Below are positions 1 to 11,253 of a stretch of 64,000 nucleotides of DNA, in pieces. The first letter of the stretch is position 1. Every line of letters starts with the position of its first letter. Position numbers and translations under genes: made by a program. Source of the DNA: Minutocellus sp. GHC0000111 (Eukaryota). The stretch spans positions 6,448,001 to 6,512,000 of the forward strand of contig OZ361256.1 in assembly GCA_977018835.1 (NCBI GenBank), written 5' to 3'. The notes under the pieces were generated by a model. The model worked only from the letters and a program-made list of their open reading frames with translations. It did not search any database and was not told the origin of the DNA.

Positions 1-814
1 TGCTGCTAGTGGCCAAGAGAGCAAGTTGGCAGATGACGATGCAGTTGATGGTGCCCGAGTCTTTACAGCTCTCTTCCATTGCTGGTGTCACAATCCCGTT
101 GCCACTTTTTCGCTTTGTCTTTTGGCCCAGGCCTACGATGTCGCCTTCGCCCTTGTCAAGAAGTTTAGCGAACTCGAGGTGACTGTTGGCTTCCTAATGC
201 AAATTGACAAGCTGGTTCAGCTCCTGGAAAGTCCAATCTTTATTCATCTTCGGCTACAACTGCTCGACGTTGAAAAGCCACAGCACCCGTATTTGCTCAA
301 ATCTTGCTATGGTCTGCTCATGCTGGTTCCACAGAGTGATGCGTTCCGATCGCTGAATGATCGCCTTGCAACAGTGTGCAACCTTAGGGGCAACCTTGGG
401 GTCAGCCAAACCATCACGTCGAACGAACCGATGGCATTGTCTACTAGTCAGTGGGCTCCTTCGACGAAGCATCTGTTGGAACGATTTAATGAGGTTACCG
501 AACTTCATCGGATCGAAATGGAAAGAGCGAGAGAAAAGGCAGAAATGGAGATTCAGCCACCCTCAGTTGATGTCTCCAACAATCATGATGGAATAGCCCC
601 ACCACTAACCCCATCGGGAGTGTCTCTGGCCCCTTCCACCCCTGGAGGCAAAAGCGTGTACATCCCCGGCGGTAGTGTTGTTGGCGTGAAGGGACTGGCA
701 CAACCTCATTTGGGCCCGCCCCCTCCACCGTCGCCAAGCAGTCGGCCTGGTTTCCTACCTCAGACTGGGCCGAAAGCAATACGTCCAAGCGGCCGAGTCA
801 CGGCGGAAATGTAG
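1..814 (+). CDS. VAC14: VAC14 (PIKfyve/Fab1 complex scaffold), C-terminal part; 5' end lies outside the window
   Basis: Vac14 Fig4-binding motif WCHNPVATFSLCLLAQAY...FLMQIDKLVQLLESPIF.HLRLQLL...YGLLMLVPQS.AF..L..RL. Confidence 0.93.
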   Translation, partial: AASGQESKLADDDAVDGARVFTALFHCWCHNPVATFSLCLLAQAYDVAFALVKKFSELEVTVGFLMQIDKLVQLLESPIFIHLRLQLLDVEKPQHPYLLKSCYGLLMLVPQSDAFRSLNDRLATVCNLRGNLGVSQTITSNEPMALSTSQWAPSTKHLLERFNEVTELHRIEMERAREKAEMEIQPPSVDVSNNHDGIAPPLTPSGVSLAPSTPGGKSVYIPGGSVVGVKGLAQPHLGPPPPPSPSSRPGFLPQTGPKAIRPSGRVTAEM

Positions 815-968
815 GCCTGGTGCATGTATGGAGTGCACTTGGGAAAGAACAAATATATTGTACGATCGTAATGATAAAATTAAATGGTATACACTATATA
901 TTTCGATCGCATTGTTTTTTTACTTAGTATTATCATTGGACAGACAGATACTACTTCACTTATTCTGA

Positions 969-1811
969 TTAAGGAGGCATCCTCAATGCTCCATCCAAAC
1001 GAATTGTTTCTCCATTGAGCATTGGATTCGTCAATATACTACCAACCAATTTTCCAAACTCATCGGGATCACCCAAACGGGAGGGGCAGGGAACACTCTG
1101 TCCCAGCTCAGCCTGCACTTTCTCCGGTAGTCCCTCGAGTAGGGGTGTTTTGAATAGTCCAGGCGCCACAGTCATGACACGTACTCCGTATTGTGCAAGA
1201 TCGCGGGCCATGGGAAGTGTCATGCCAACGACAGCACTTTTGGACGCACTATAGGCAACTTGCCCACATTGGCCATCAAACGCTGCTATCGAACTTGTAT
1301 TGACAATGCAGCCTCGGATCCCATCACCACCAGGCTCTCTTTTAGCCATTCGCTGTGCTGCAAGTCGAGCTACATTGAAGGTACCGACTGTATTTACCTG
1401 TATAGTCTTGGTGAATTCTTCCAGTGAATGAACTCTTGGCATCACATCACCTTCCTTTGGACGCGAAAGTACCTTTCTCGCAGTACCAATGCCGGCACAA
1501 CTAATGGCCGCATTTACCGGCTCGCCAAACTGTGACTCTGCCAAATCAAGAGCTGCCGATACCTGATCTTCGTTCGTCACGTCCGTCTCTGCGAAGGCAA
1601 GAACTGGCGATGACACTGTAGTGTCAGCAGCGGCGGCCACTGCCGCATCGGCACATGACGCCGCGGCGAGACGCAGGAAAGATTCATGTTGCGAGGCCAG
1701 ATCGGCGACCACAACTCGACCCCCATTACGAACGATATAAGCCGCGGTTGCTGCTCCGAGGCCTGACGCGCCACCCGAAACGATTCCCACGACGTTCTTG
1801 AGGAGGGCCAT
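969..1811 (-). CDS. HSD17B10: 3-hydroxyacyl-CoA dehydrogenase type 2 (HSD17B10-like short-chain dehydrogenase)
   Basis: VSGGASGLG Rossmann motif, GQVAYSASK catalytic YxxxK, LPMARDLA, C-terminal NPMLNGETIRLDGALRMPP. Confidence 0.92.
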   Translation of the reverse strand: MALLKNVVGIVSGGASGLGAATAAYIVRNGGRVVVADLASQHESFLRLAAASCADAAVAAAADTTVSSPVLAFAETDVTNEDQVSAALDLAESQFGEPVNAAISCAGIGTARKVLSRPKEGDVMPRVHSLEEFTKTIQVNTVGTFNVARLAAQRMAKREPGGDGIRGCIVNTSSIAAFDGQCGQVAYSASKSAVVGMTLPMARDLAQYGVRVMTVAPGLFKTPLLEGLPEKVQAELGQSVPCPSRLGDPDEFGKLVGSILTNPMLNGETIRLDGALRMPP

Positions 1812-1916
1812 TGTTCTTGTTCTCGTATCTTTTGTGTTGACGACGTGTTTGTTGTTCTTGTTCTCGTATCTTTTGTGTTGACGACGTTCTTGAGGAGGCG
1901 AGGGCCATTGTTCTTG
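1789..1916. repeat. Mosaic direct duplication across the HSD17B10 start codon
   Basis: 36-bp ttgttcttgttctcgtatcttttgtgttgacgacgt at 1811-1846 and 1852-1887; acgacgttcttgaggag..ggccattgttcttg at 1789-1819 and 1881-1916. Confidence 0.9.
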
Positions 1917-2030
1917 ACAGCTTTTGTTGATGCAGCGTTCGCGATTTTGCGTCTACGACGAGAGTATGCGAGCACGGGTTGTGCCGAATTTCGCCATTTT
2001 TCACATTGCATTTTCACGCCATTTCCAACC

Positions 2031-2645
2031 ATGTTCGCTGCCGTCGCTCGTGTACCGGCGCCGGCGCTCCTATTGCTGGCGGCTTACGCCTCTTGCCTAA
2101 TCGCAAGTGCAGATGCATTTGTTCAGCCCACGTCGATAAATTTCAATCCCTCGGTCCTTCAAGCAAAGGACTCGCCCTCCGACGCAGACGTCGACGTCCA
2201 AGAAGATTTGCCTTTTTTGGCTTTACCAGGTGCAGGTGGTTCGTCCTTTGATCCACTAACCTCTGGGAATAGACTCGCGCCAGTGGCAGAAGGCAAAGAT
2301 TTGCAGAACAGCAAGATTGTCAACGATAAATTTGAGCTGCAGTATACATGTAAGATCTGTGATTACCGCAACAGTAATCGCGTTTCACGTATTGCCTATC
2401 GCAACGGCGTGGTAATCTGCGTCTGCAAGGGTTGCATGGCTAAGCATCTGATTGCTGACAACTTGGGCTGGCACAATTACATCGGTGGCTTTGAAGGAGA
2501 GCCAGATATTGAACAGTATCTTGCGTCCCGAGGCCGAGAAGATGACGTGAAAAGAGTTTCACCAGAGGTCTTTGAACTCGAACAGTTGCTCGAGCAATCG
2601 GGCGATGCCACGGGAAGCAAGAAGGAGGAAGAGGGAATGGAATGA
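2031..2645 (+). CDS. DNL-type zinc finger Hsp70 escort protein (Zim17/HEP-like), probably plastid-targeted
   Basis: YTCKIC...AYRNGVVICVCKGC..KHLIADNLGW zf-DNL; signal peptide ending ADA-FVQP resembles the diatom ASAFAP motif. Confidence 0.88.
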   Translation: MFAAVARVPAPALLLLAAYASCLIASADAFVQPTSINFNPSVLQAKDSPSDADVDVQEDLPFLALPGAGGSSFDPLTSGNRLAPVAEGKDLQNSKIVNDKFELQYTCKICDYRNSNRVSRIAYRNGVVICVCKGCMAKHLIADNLGWHNYIGGFEGEPDIEQYLASRGREDDVKRVSPEVFELEQLLEQSGDATGSKKEEEGME

Positions 2646-2825
2646 TGCTAGGGATACCTACTAAATAGCTAGCTAGTGGTACATGCTAAAAGGAGAGAAG
2701 AGAAAGCTAAGGAAACTTGAAACATATTGTAAATAGGACACTTTTGATTTTTACCATGGTACTTATTTTTATTTAGGTCCTGCTCCTTGGACATTCAATA
2801 CTCCACACAAACATCCATTCTCTAT

Positions 2826-4527
2826 TTAAATTTCAATCTTCTCGGCCAAAGCCTCAGGATCAGCCTCCGCCATGCTAATCATTTCCTTTCCACCAGTAGC
2901 GAAATGAGCCTCGATCGCAGCGAGAACTTCGATTGATCGCTGATCCCCAATAAGATTGATGGCAGAGCCCTTGCGTCCGAAACGTCCAGTTCGACCGATG
3001 CGGTGGAGGTAGGTCTCGAAGTCCGGATCGCCATCTTTCGTGACTGGGACGTCGTAATTTACCACCAAACAGACATTGTCAACGTCGACACCACGTGCCA
3101 AAACGTTGGTGGTAATCAAGACAGTACTCTCGCCCTTTCGGAAGGATTCCATGGTCTGATCTCGCACGGCGTTGTCAACTCCACCGTGCAAGAGAGAGCA
3201 GGTGTATCCTTCCGAAGTCAGTGTATTGTGTACGGCATCGGCATCATGCTTCGTACCGACAAAGACAATCGATTGGCCAATGGTAAGGAGCGAATAAATA
3301 TCGGAAAGGAAACCGAGCTTTCCACCGTCGTACTGCTGACAGTCGACCCAGATTTGCTTGATGATATCAAGGACCTGCAAAAACAAACGCGCCAAGCAAG
3401 AGAATAGGATCAAAATATTTGTGAGAATTGTTCAAAGTAGAGCAAAATACAACCGATTGCGGCTGTCTATGCAACGAATTACTTACCAGTGCCTCTGGAC
3501 CACGCTCAATAAGAATCTTATCGGGATTGTGCACCATCTTGGTCGCGAATTGAACGACTTCATCGGGGAATGTCGCCGAGAAGAACAGACTCTGACAGGT
3601 CTTGGGCATCTGCTTCTTAATCAGGAGGGAATTGGCCCGATGGCCCGACTCGGCAACCATGTTATCGGCCTCATCTAGGACAAAGACCTTGATGTTCTTG
3701 GTATTGAACGTCTTGCGCTTCATCCAGTCAACAATCTTACCGGGAGTGCCGACGATGAGATGAGCATCTACCCTCTTGCCCCTCTCCACCATTTCACCGG
3801 CCAGCGCGAGCTGGACCTTGAGGCCGGTCATGTGAGCTGCCATGGGCGCCACGGCCTTTTGGACGATCTGAACGGCCAGCTCCCGAGTGGGGGTAACGCA
3901 CAGGGCCTGAACGGTAGCGGGGGCATCAATCACGATGCGGTACAGCATGCCCAAAACGAAGGCCGCCGTCTTTCCCGAACCGGACTGGGCCTGGCCAATG
4001 ACATTGCGCGGTGGATCGGCCAGGATACGAGGCAGGGCCTCCTCCTGAATGGCCGACGGCCGTTCGAATCCCATCTCGAAGATGGCATCGAGCAGATGCT
4101 TCGGAAGGTTGAGCTCCTGGAAGGTCTTGGCCGACGACAGATGGGAGGACTGATCGGCCTGAATGACCTTGAGTCTATCATGCATGGTTTCCTTCTGGTG
4201 ATCCAGGGCAAGCTTTTGCAACCGCTTAGTCAGTTCCTCGGCATTCTTTCGCTTGGCCTCCTTCTTGGCGGCCTCCTCGGCCTCCACCTCCTTCTTGGCC
4301 TCTTCCTCCACCGCAGCTCGGACCTCGGCTGCCTTCTTTTCCTCATCTTCCGCACTCTTGGCAGGGGCTGCATCAGCGCCATCGGCCACCGCTGGCTTTG
4401 CCTCCTCCTCTACCTTCTTTTCGTCGGCAGAGGCGGCAGGCTTCGCGGTAGCGTCAGCAGCAGGGGCAGCAGCCGCCTCTTCGGCAGCTGCCGCCGGAGT
4501 GCTCTCAGCTTTGGCTTCCTCGCTCAT
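2826..4527 (-). CDS. DBP5: DEAD-box RNA helicase Dbp5/DDX19 (mRNA export); intron 3375-3486
   Basis: AQSGSGKT, PTRELA, DEADNM, SAT, YLHRIGRTGRFGRKG; GTAAGT..TTGCAG intron joins the two ORFs in frame. Confidence 0.92.
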
Positions 4528-4834
4528 TTCGTTTCAGGCACAATATGACTCAATACGAGCCACGGGCGATATGCAGCAGATAATTGCGATACAAATGAAG
4601 ACAGTCAGGCTAGTAGATGCACGACGGGGACCGGTGGATGGCACCTCAGCACGTCTGGTAATGCGATCGATCGGTACCCAAAACCCAAAAATGGCTTGGC
4701 ACGGCGCGGCCAGGGCCTAGCTAGGCGGATGGGATGCGTCCGTACGTCGACCTAAACTACCTCGACGGCCAGACGATCGCGTCAAGCGCCAAAGCCACAA
4801 AAATCTGCAAATCCCCATGCACCCATCCTCAACA

Positions 4835-6310
4835 ATGGATGCCGAGACCGCTGATGCTCGCAAGAAGAGGAAGGAGGAAGCAAAGGCTTTGAAGCGGAAG
4901 CGGATAGAGGAATCTGGTGGGGTGCGTCCTCGTTCCAGCAAGTCCGATCATTCTGGCAAAAAGGATGGCGAAAGTGGTGGGTCAAGCTCAAAGCAGCAGC
5001 AGCAGGTCCAGCAACCCCCAAATCCGAAGCGCAAAGGCTTTGGCACATTCAACGATGATGGTGCCGGCGGGACAAGGAAGAAGAAACGAGACAACACCAA
5101 ACATCGCTTCGGTGCTGTCATGGAGCAGGTGCCATGTCCCAACAAACAGCGCAATTACACACTGAGTATGGCGGTTCCTGGCTCAGTCGTTTCCAACGCA
5201 CAGACACGTGAACTGAGGACTCAGCTCGTTGGACAGATTGCTCGGGCCGCTGCCATCTACCACGTAGATGAGATTATTGTCTTTGATGATTTACTGAGCT
5301 CCAAAATGAAGGACAATCATCACCGATACGGTAACCGGAACAGGATCCATCGCGACAACAATCACAACAAGAGATCTGCCGATGGCGAAGGCGATGAAGA
5401 CAAGGACTCTTCGAAGGATAAGGAAGGTGGAGAGGACGGTGCTCAGCAACAGCGGTACCAGCCGTCGGATCCACACACGTTCATGGCTCGAGTGTTGCAA
5501 TATATAGACTGTCCACAATATCTGCGTCGAAGTTTCTTTCCAATGCATGGTGATCTGCAGTTCGCTGGCTTGCTTCCACCTCTTGATGCTCCTCATCACG
5601 TCCGTGCCGGTGAAAAGAGCAAATATAGGGAGGGCGTCGTCCTTGACAAGAAGGGTAACGGTCCAGATGCTGGTTCGCTCGTGAATTGTGGCATCCGCTC
5701 GAGACCGGTCGAGATTGATCGTGTCCTTGCACCGGGTATTCGGTGCACAGTAGAGTTGGATACCAAGGCGTACGACAGTCCTGGCAAAATCAAGGGCGTC
5801 GTGGTCAGTCCAACTACACCCCGGGAGGACGACGGAACGTACTGGGGCTACACCACTCGCCTGGCTACCTCCATCAAGGCTGTGTTTGACGAGTGTCTCT
5901 ATGAGGGCGGCTACGATTTGAAGGTTGGCACGTCGGAAAGGGGCGACGTCACTGTGGATGATAAGAAATTTGGACTTCCTCAATTCAAGCATTTGCTGGT
6001 TGTGTTTGGTGGTGTGGCTGGTATCGAAGAGTGCATCGATGCCGACGAAAGCATGACGCTCTCTGGTAAAGATGCACGTAAGCTCTTTGATTTGTGGGTG
6101 AATACCTGCCCTTATCAGGGAAGCCGAACCATTCGAACTGAAGAGGCTGTTTTGCTCACGTTGGCTCGGTTCCGTCCTCACATTGTCAGCAGTGGAGATA
6201 GCGCAGCCAAGGCCCCCAAGGTCATCAAAGATGAAGATTTGAACTTTAGCGACGGAGACGACCTATCAGAAGAGAGCAGCGACGAAGATGGTAGCAGTGA
6301 TTCTGACTAG
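4835..6310 (+). CDS. SPOUT1: SPOUT-family RNA methyltransferase (SPOUT1/C9orf114-like)
   Basis: TLSMAVPGS...GQIARAAAIYHVDEIIVF, LQY..CPQYLR, YWGY, NTCPYQGSRTIRTEEA. Confidence 0.92.
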   Translation: MDAETADARKKRKEEAKALKRKRIEESGGVRPRSSKSDHSGKKDGESGGSSSKQQQQVQQPPNPKRKGFGTFNDDGAGGTRKKKRDNTKHRFGAVMEQVPCPNKQRNYTLSMAVPGSVVSNAQTRELRTQLVGQIARAAAIYHVDEIIVFDDLLSSKMKDNHHRYGNRNRIHRDNNHNKRSADGEGDEDKDSSKDKEGGEDGAQQQRYQPSDPHTFMARVLQYIDCPQYLRRSFFPMHGDLQFAGLLPPLDAPHHVRAGEKSKYREGVVLDKKGNGPDAGSLVNCGIRSRPVEIDRVLAPGIRCTVELDTKAYDSPGKIKGVVVSPTTPREDDGTYWGYTTRLATSIKAVFDECLYEGGYDLKVGTSERGDVTVDDKKFGLPQFKHLLVVFGGVAGIEECIDADESMTLSGKDARKLFDLWVNTCPYQGSRTIRTEEAVLLTLARFRPHIVSSGDSAAKAPKVIKDEDLNFSDGDDLSEESSDEDGSSDSD

Positions 6311-6413
6311 ATCTAGCTCGCTACTAGAACTAGCTTGCAAGTAGATCTACGCAGTATGCGAACATAAAAGTAAATGCCGGACTTTATTCAATTTTCTTAA
6401 TTTGAATGCCCTA

Positions 6414-7247
6414 CTAATCTAAAATGTGCCGAACGAACGTTGGCGGGTTGTCAATATATAAGTGATGTCCTGCATTTGGTATGATATCTGTACTCGCGAT
6501 AGCTGTGACATTTGATGATTGGATGCTCTTGACAACTTCCCTGGCACTCTCTTCGTTCCCTCTTCTCATCCAATCGTTATCACCAAACAAAACTTTTAAG
6601 GATATAGAGGAATCAAACTCATCTTTCATCTTCTGGTGCAAAGGCTCTCTCGCAAACACTGCCATGATATCGGGCGACACTACTGGCTCTAAGAGACTGT
6701 TGATTGCATATTCACCAGATGGATCAGCCACAGTGATGTAGTATAAGTAGTCTGCTAAAAGATTCATCTCCGCATCTCCCAGGTGAGGAATACGCCCACG
6801 AAGTGCTCGCTGCACATTGCGCTTGCCACGTGTACTTCCCATCATCCGTACCAGTTGCTGCGGTGTAATGTTCGAGCTCCACAATGCATCAACAACTCGC
6901 AAACCCGTCGGTAGCCGTGACGGAGGCAGAGCGTCTGACGGTTTACTGGGAAATCCAACTGGCGATGCCAGAACAAGCTTGCTGATCCTCTCGGGATAAT
7001 GAAGAGCATATCTTGCCGAGAGATAACCCCCGAGGCTATGCCCGACAAGTGTCATGTTTTGCATGTCATGATCCTCTATAAGATTGTGCAACGGTTCAAT
7101 GAAAAAGTTGACCGCCTCCGACGGAGTGAATCTGGAATTGCAAAACGATGTCGAAAATTCGCTCCATCCTCGGATTGGCGAGGCATGACAACCTGGCCTG
7201 TGACTGCCACCCATCCCCAACCAATCGAATAAGATGACACGACCCAC
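6414..7247 (-). CDS. Alpha/beta hydrolase, ABHD4/ABHD5-like; N-terminus appears missing or unresolved
   Basis: DWLGMGGS, GHSLGGY nucleophile elbow, LVLASPVG, AGHHLYIDNP (HX4D); in-frame stop just upstream and no clear HG oxyanion segment. Confidence 0.75.
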   Translation of the reverse strand: MGRVILFDWLGMGGSHRPGCHASPIRGWSEFSTSFCNSRFTPSEAVNFFIEPLHNLIEDHDMQNMTLVGHSLGGYLSARYALHYPERISKLVLASPVGFPSKPSDALPPSRLPTGLRVVDALWSSNITPQQLVRMMGSTRGKRNVQRALRGRIPHLGDAEMNLLADYLYYITVADPSGEYAINSLLEPVVSPDIMAVFAREPLHQKMKDEFDSSISLKVLFGDNDWMRRGNEESAREVVKSIQSSNVTAIASTDIIPNAGHHLYIDNPPTFVRHILD

Positions 7248-7572
7248 GAGCGAAGAGCACTGGTCATGGTTGAACTGGCCGACAAGTCAAGTCAAGGTCG
7301 CGTCGGTCGGGCATCTGCGCTGCTGCTGCTCATCATCTGCTCACACGCCCTCGACTCACACCGTTATGCCAAGGGATGCCATCACTACTGTTGGTTATGC
7401 TCACACAGTCATACCAACTAGTTGGTACATTACATGAACATAAAAGAACCCGGAAATGCTCATCTTATCTGCCAAAATCTCAAAATCTGCCTGCAAAATA
7501 ATCTCCTCATTCCTGCTCCAGCACTTCCTCGCAAACTTCAAGGTAGGAGTATGTGCACGCGAAACACCAAGC

Positions 7573-8799
7573 ATGGCCTCACAGTCTGCCTCACATCCCA
7601 GGCAATGCCCCTGCAAGATCCTGCCGCAGTGCCTCTCATCCTTCACGGCGGCCGAGTTCGGTGACTTGCACTCTCTCAGCTCCAAGCCGGATGTTGCCCA
7701 CAAGGTGGGCCTGGGTGGGCTGACCCCCCTCCACTATGCTGCGCAAAATGATAAGGCATCTGCGACGGCATACCTTCTCGGGCTCGGTGCCGATGTCGAT
7801 GGACGGCCTCGGCTGGAGGACATGTCCATCAGCGTGCTGCATGGAACAGGCGATAGTAGCAGTGGTCGCGCCACAACAAAGTCAAAGGAGGAGGCATGGT
7901 GCGGTGCTACTCCGCTGCACCGGGCAGCATTTTCGGGTGCTGTTTCAGCGATGCAAGTTCTACTTGAATGGGGAAGCAGCGGCACCAGTCGAAGGCAGTG
8001 CGATGTGCTAGCCCAGGACACTAGCTTTGGAGATAGGATGACGCCACTTCACAAGGCTGCGGCTGGTGGACGTCCTCTTGCTGTTCAGCTGTTGGTAGAG
8101 ACGCTTCGGTCTCGCACTCGTCAGGGATGGGAAGGGGGAGATCTACTGCGACGCGGTCTGACGGTCCTGGATTCGCAGGGACGTACCCCTCTGGAAGTTG
8201 CCAGAGCAATCAACCCATTGGAGGAGGCCAAGAGCGTAAAGCGTTGGGACTCTGTTGCTGGAGGTACTCCTGACTGGGATCGTTGCATTACAATTCTCGA
8301 GAGTGCCGAGCAAGAGGCTGGTCTTTGCCTGGACGAGAACGACGATATTAGTGGCGCACAAAATACGAATCTACCAGCCTTACCAGCTCATTTACTGGAT
8401 ACGACGGGCTGTTTGGATTGCGAAGCTGATGATGGGACGTGCAAGACAGCTTCTTGGGAGGCAGCATTCCGAAGTGTTTTGGCTTCTTCAATTATGCAGG
8501 CATCAGCGCCGAGAAGTAATGAGACAAAAGAAGGAAATGCGAGTGGCCGCATTGGATTAGTAACAGTAGCACAGAAAGGAGAAGATATTCAAATGACCGC
8601 TGGGACAACAGCCACCGAATCAACACAACTATCTACTTCCACCAAAGTAACGGACACACCGACGAGGGTGGGGCATACCTGCAACGATTGTAACGAATTC
8701 TCCCTCACGCTATTCCGAGGAACCGGTGGAAAGCTTGTTTGCAAGAAATGCCGAGGGCGTAGCCGCCGAAAGAATGTGATTACAGTGGTCAAAATGTAA
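7573..8799 (+). CDS. Ankyrin-repeat protein with C-terminal CxxC..CxxC
   Basis: TPLHYAA, TPLHRAA, TPLHKAA, GRTPLEVA ankyrin motifs; start codon uncertain. Confidence 0.8.
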   Translation: MASQSASHPRQCPCKILPQCLSSFTAAEFGDLHSLSSKPDVAHKVGLGGLTPLHYAAQNDKASATAYLLGLGADVDGRPRLEDMSISVLHGTGDSSSGRATTKSKEEAWCGATPLHRAAFSGAVSAMQVLLEWGSSGTSRRQCDVLAQDTSFGDRMTPLHKAAAGGRPLAVQLLVETLRSRTRQGWEGGDLLRRGLTVLDSQGRTPLEVARAINPLEEAKSVKRWDSVAGGTPDWDRCITILESAEQEAGLCLDENDDISGAQNTNLPALPAHLLDTTGCLDCEADDGTCKTASWEAAFRSVLASSIMQASAPRSNETKEGNASGRIGLVTVAQKGEDIQMTAGTTATESTQLSTSTKVTDTPTRVGHTCNDCNEFSLTLFRGTGGKLVCKKCRGRSRRKNVITVVKM

Positions 8800-9082
8800 A
8801 AAACATACATGTGGTGTGGCTGGCTCGCCATCGGTATTAGACTAGCTAGCTACGTAGTACTTGTACCTAGATCTAGTAGGCCTACAATAGTAGCTCTCCT
8901 GGGTAAGAAGCTAGAAATTAGGGACTCTCAATGACTAAATCAACTGTTCTTTCGAAGTAAACATTTTATGTATTTATCTAATAATGCAAATCATCGTCCC
9001 TTTTAAATCCGAACGCAATCAGTAATGTCGTTTCGCTGCAAGCTCCAGGGGGCGCTAGTGAATAGTAGAGTAGCGCCAACGC

Positions 9083-9949
9083 TCAGGTGGCTGCTTCTAC
9101 CGCATCTCTTAGCATGGCGAAAGCTTCTTCCAAGCCCTCCTCAGCTTCCCCACGAATAATATCACGCTGGTAGCATTGCGTGAAGAATCCGAATCCAAAA
9201 CCAAGCCTCTCTCTTTTCCTGTTGTAATCAATAACAATCTCAAAGCACAATTCGTATGCCTCAACCGCTAGGCGGGGAATCGCCTGGCTGGTGTACGATG
9301 CCTCTCGGAGCGCTTCCTTGGCTTCCCTGGCCGCCTCGTAGGCAATCTTTGAGGTTTCCTTGGCCCGCTTGATGCCACCCCGACTTTCAACACCAAAGAC
9401 GGTATCAATGGCATTGCCATCCGTCAACGACATGAAGGCAAGCTGGATGGCATCGTCGGGAATGCGAGTGTTCGCCGTGGTGCTGGTCTGCTCCCCGTCC
9501 GAGCTGTGCTGAGAACTCGCACCAGCAACCGGACTACTCCTGAAGCGGTGGCAGCATTTCCTTTGCTTTGACCTCTTTCCCCGCCGAAGCGATAGCAGCC
9601 TGCTCTTCCCTGCATTGCCCGTAAAGGCTCCTCCACTCAGCAGCACCAGATACCCGCTGGCCACATCCTTGCTAATGCTAAGAGTGGCATCAGGGTCATA
9701 CATCCGAGGAGCCGAGGTATGGATTGCACCGTAACCGGCCTTGTTATCAGGACAGAGGGGCTCCTCCAGTTGTTTCTGCTTGCCACTGGTGCCCGCATTG
9801 TCAACATCGCTGGATGCTGGCCCGGTCGCAACTCCGGCGGCCTCCAACTCATCCTCGGAACGAAAAGTACGCTCCCCAGATACCGGTGAAGTTTGCGATT
9901 GAGACATACTCAATTCGACCGAGGCCGCAGAGACGATGATTTCTGTCAT
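9083..9949 (-). CDS. Hypothetical protein
   Basis: 288-aa ORF with ATG start filling the space between neighbouring genes; no motif recognised. Confidence 0.6.
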   Translation of the reverse strand: MTEIIVSAASVELSMSQSQTSPVSGERTFRSEDELEAAGVATGPASSDVDNAGTSGKQKQLEEPLCPDNKAGYGAIHTSAPRMYDPDATLSISKDVASGYLVLLSGGAFTGNAGKSRLLSLRRGKRSKQRKCCHRFRSSPVAGASSQHSSDGEQTSTTANTRIPDDAIQLAFMSLTDGNAIDTVFGVESRGGIKRAKETSKIAYEAAREAKEALREASYTSQAIPRLAVEAYELCFEIVIDYNRKRERLGFGFGFFTQCYQRDIIRGEAEEGLEEAFAMLRDAVEAAT

Positions 9950-10398
9950 GGTAAGAGTCGAGTCCTTGTCGGCTTTGCGTTGTCTGTATCCAATTCAAAT
10001 GTAAATTTATTCAAGGCACGACGGATTCTCCTTACTTGTGCGTATTTGCTTATTGCTGGCCTATCGGGGCCAAATATTGACGAGGAGCTTCCTCTAGCGA
10101 TGGAGAGGCCACAGAAATGATCAATGGCAACAACTCCGATCTGAAATGCTGCCTGGCGCCAATATGGAGGTGCGTGAATGGGGCCAATAATAAATGATGT
10201 GATGAGGCCGAGAGCGAGCATGCATCGCATGACGCGCGACGAAATTTGAATGAAGTGCTGCAGGTGTTTTTTTGTGGGTTTGGTGTATGACACGCAGAAT
10301 AGAAACAGTACACAGGCAGGTCGGCCATCTTCACTGATCCAAACGAACCAACCAAACCAACCGGCCAACTCATCGCATCCATCGCCACAATTGCAGAC

Positions 10399-11034
10399 AT
10401 GACCGAAGGAGCCGAAGGATCTACCGTCGATGCAGGGTCTAATAATTCGGCCGACAGTTGTGCAGCTTCGTCGCAGCTGACGTCGTCACTGGCGCCGCCA
10501 CCGATGTCTCCCACCACCATCGCTCGAAAGCACGAGGAGCTCGTCGCCCACGCACGGGAGCACTACACCAATCTCGGGTACAGGGTCCATTCAGGTCTTC
10601 AATTCGGTTGCGAGTTGGTTCTTTACGCGGACCACCCGCAATTTGTCCACTCCGACTTTTGCGTCCTAGTTCTTCCAGCCGATGGACGCGTCGATTGGAG
10701 AAGAATACAGTGCCTCACGAGATCGATGCCAGATTACAAGAAGACACTGATATTGGCGGAAGTGGTGGTTACTGAAGAAGATGCCGAAGAACAAGAAGAA
10801 GAAGATAATTACGGGGACACCAGGGTCGACGGCGAAGAGGATGTACATGTATCATCGTCTCGCGCCGATGATTCAATAATTGGGCTGACAAAAGAGAAGA
10901 AGAAGAAGAAACGAAAAATAAGAGTGAACGAGCTAGCAGTGTCTACCGAGCACGCTCCCTTTCGACATAGATCTGCGAAGAAAGGGGCCGTTGACATTGG
11001 ATCTCAAAGAAAGAAGCAAAAGACCAGCGCATAA
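10399..11034 (+). CDS. tRNA-splicing endonuclease catalytic subunit (Sen2/Sen34-like)
   Basis: GYRVHSGLQFGCELVLYADHPQFVHS...R....KKTLILA tRNA_int_endo catalytic motif (Y, H, K triad). Confidence 0.85.
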   Translation: MTEGAEGSTVDAGSNNSADSCAASSQLTSSLAPPPMSPTTIARKHEELVAHAREHYTNLGYRVHSGLQFGCELVLYADHPQFVHSDFCVLVLPADGRVDWRRIQCLTRSMPDYKKTLILAEVVVTEEDAEEQEEEDNYGDTRVDGEEDVHVSSSRADDSIIGLTKEKKKKKRKIRVNELAVSTEHAPFRHRSAKKGAVDIGSQRKKQKTSA

Positions 11035-11253
11035 TTGGGTATTGTGCGGAGAGAAGAGATCTTGCAAAGGAACAAAGAAGAAGCTCATCTATATTCTTTT
11101 GAAGTTTCAGCATGAAAATAACAAGTTTAGAGGCAAATAGTCAATAGTAGCAATTCTCTGTGGATTTCGATATTTTCTTGATTTATTACTACTGCATTTA
11201 CGTAAATTTCGATCATCCCGCTCCCTTTCCATCCATATTGACGGCGCCTCTTT

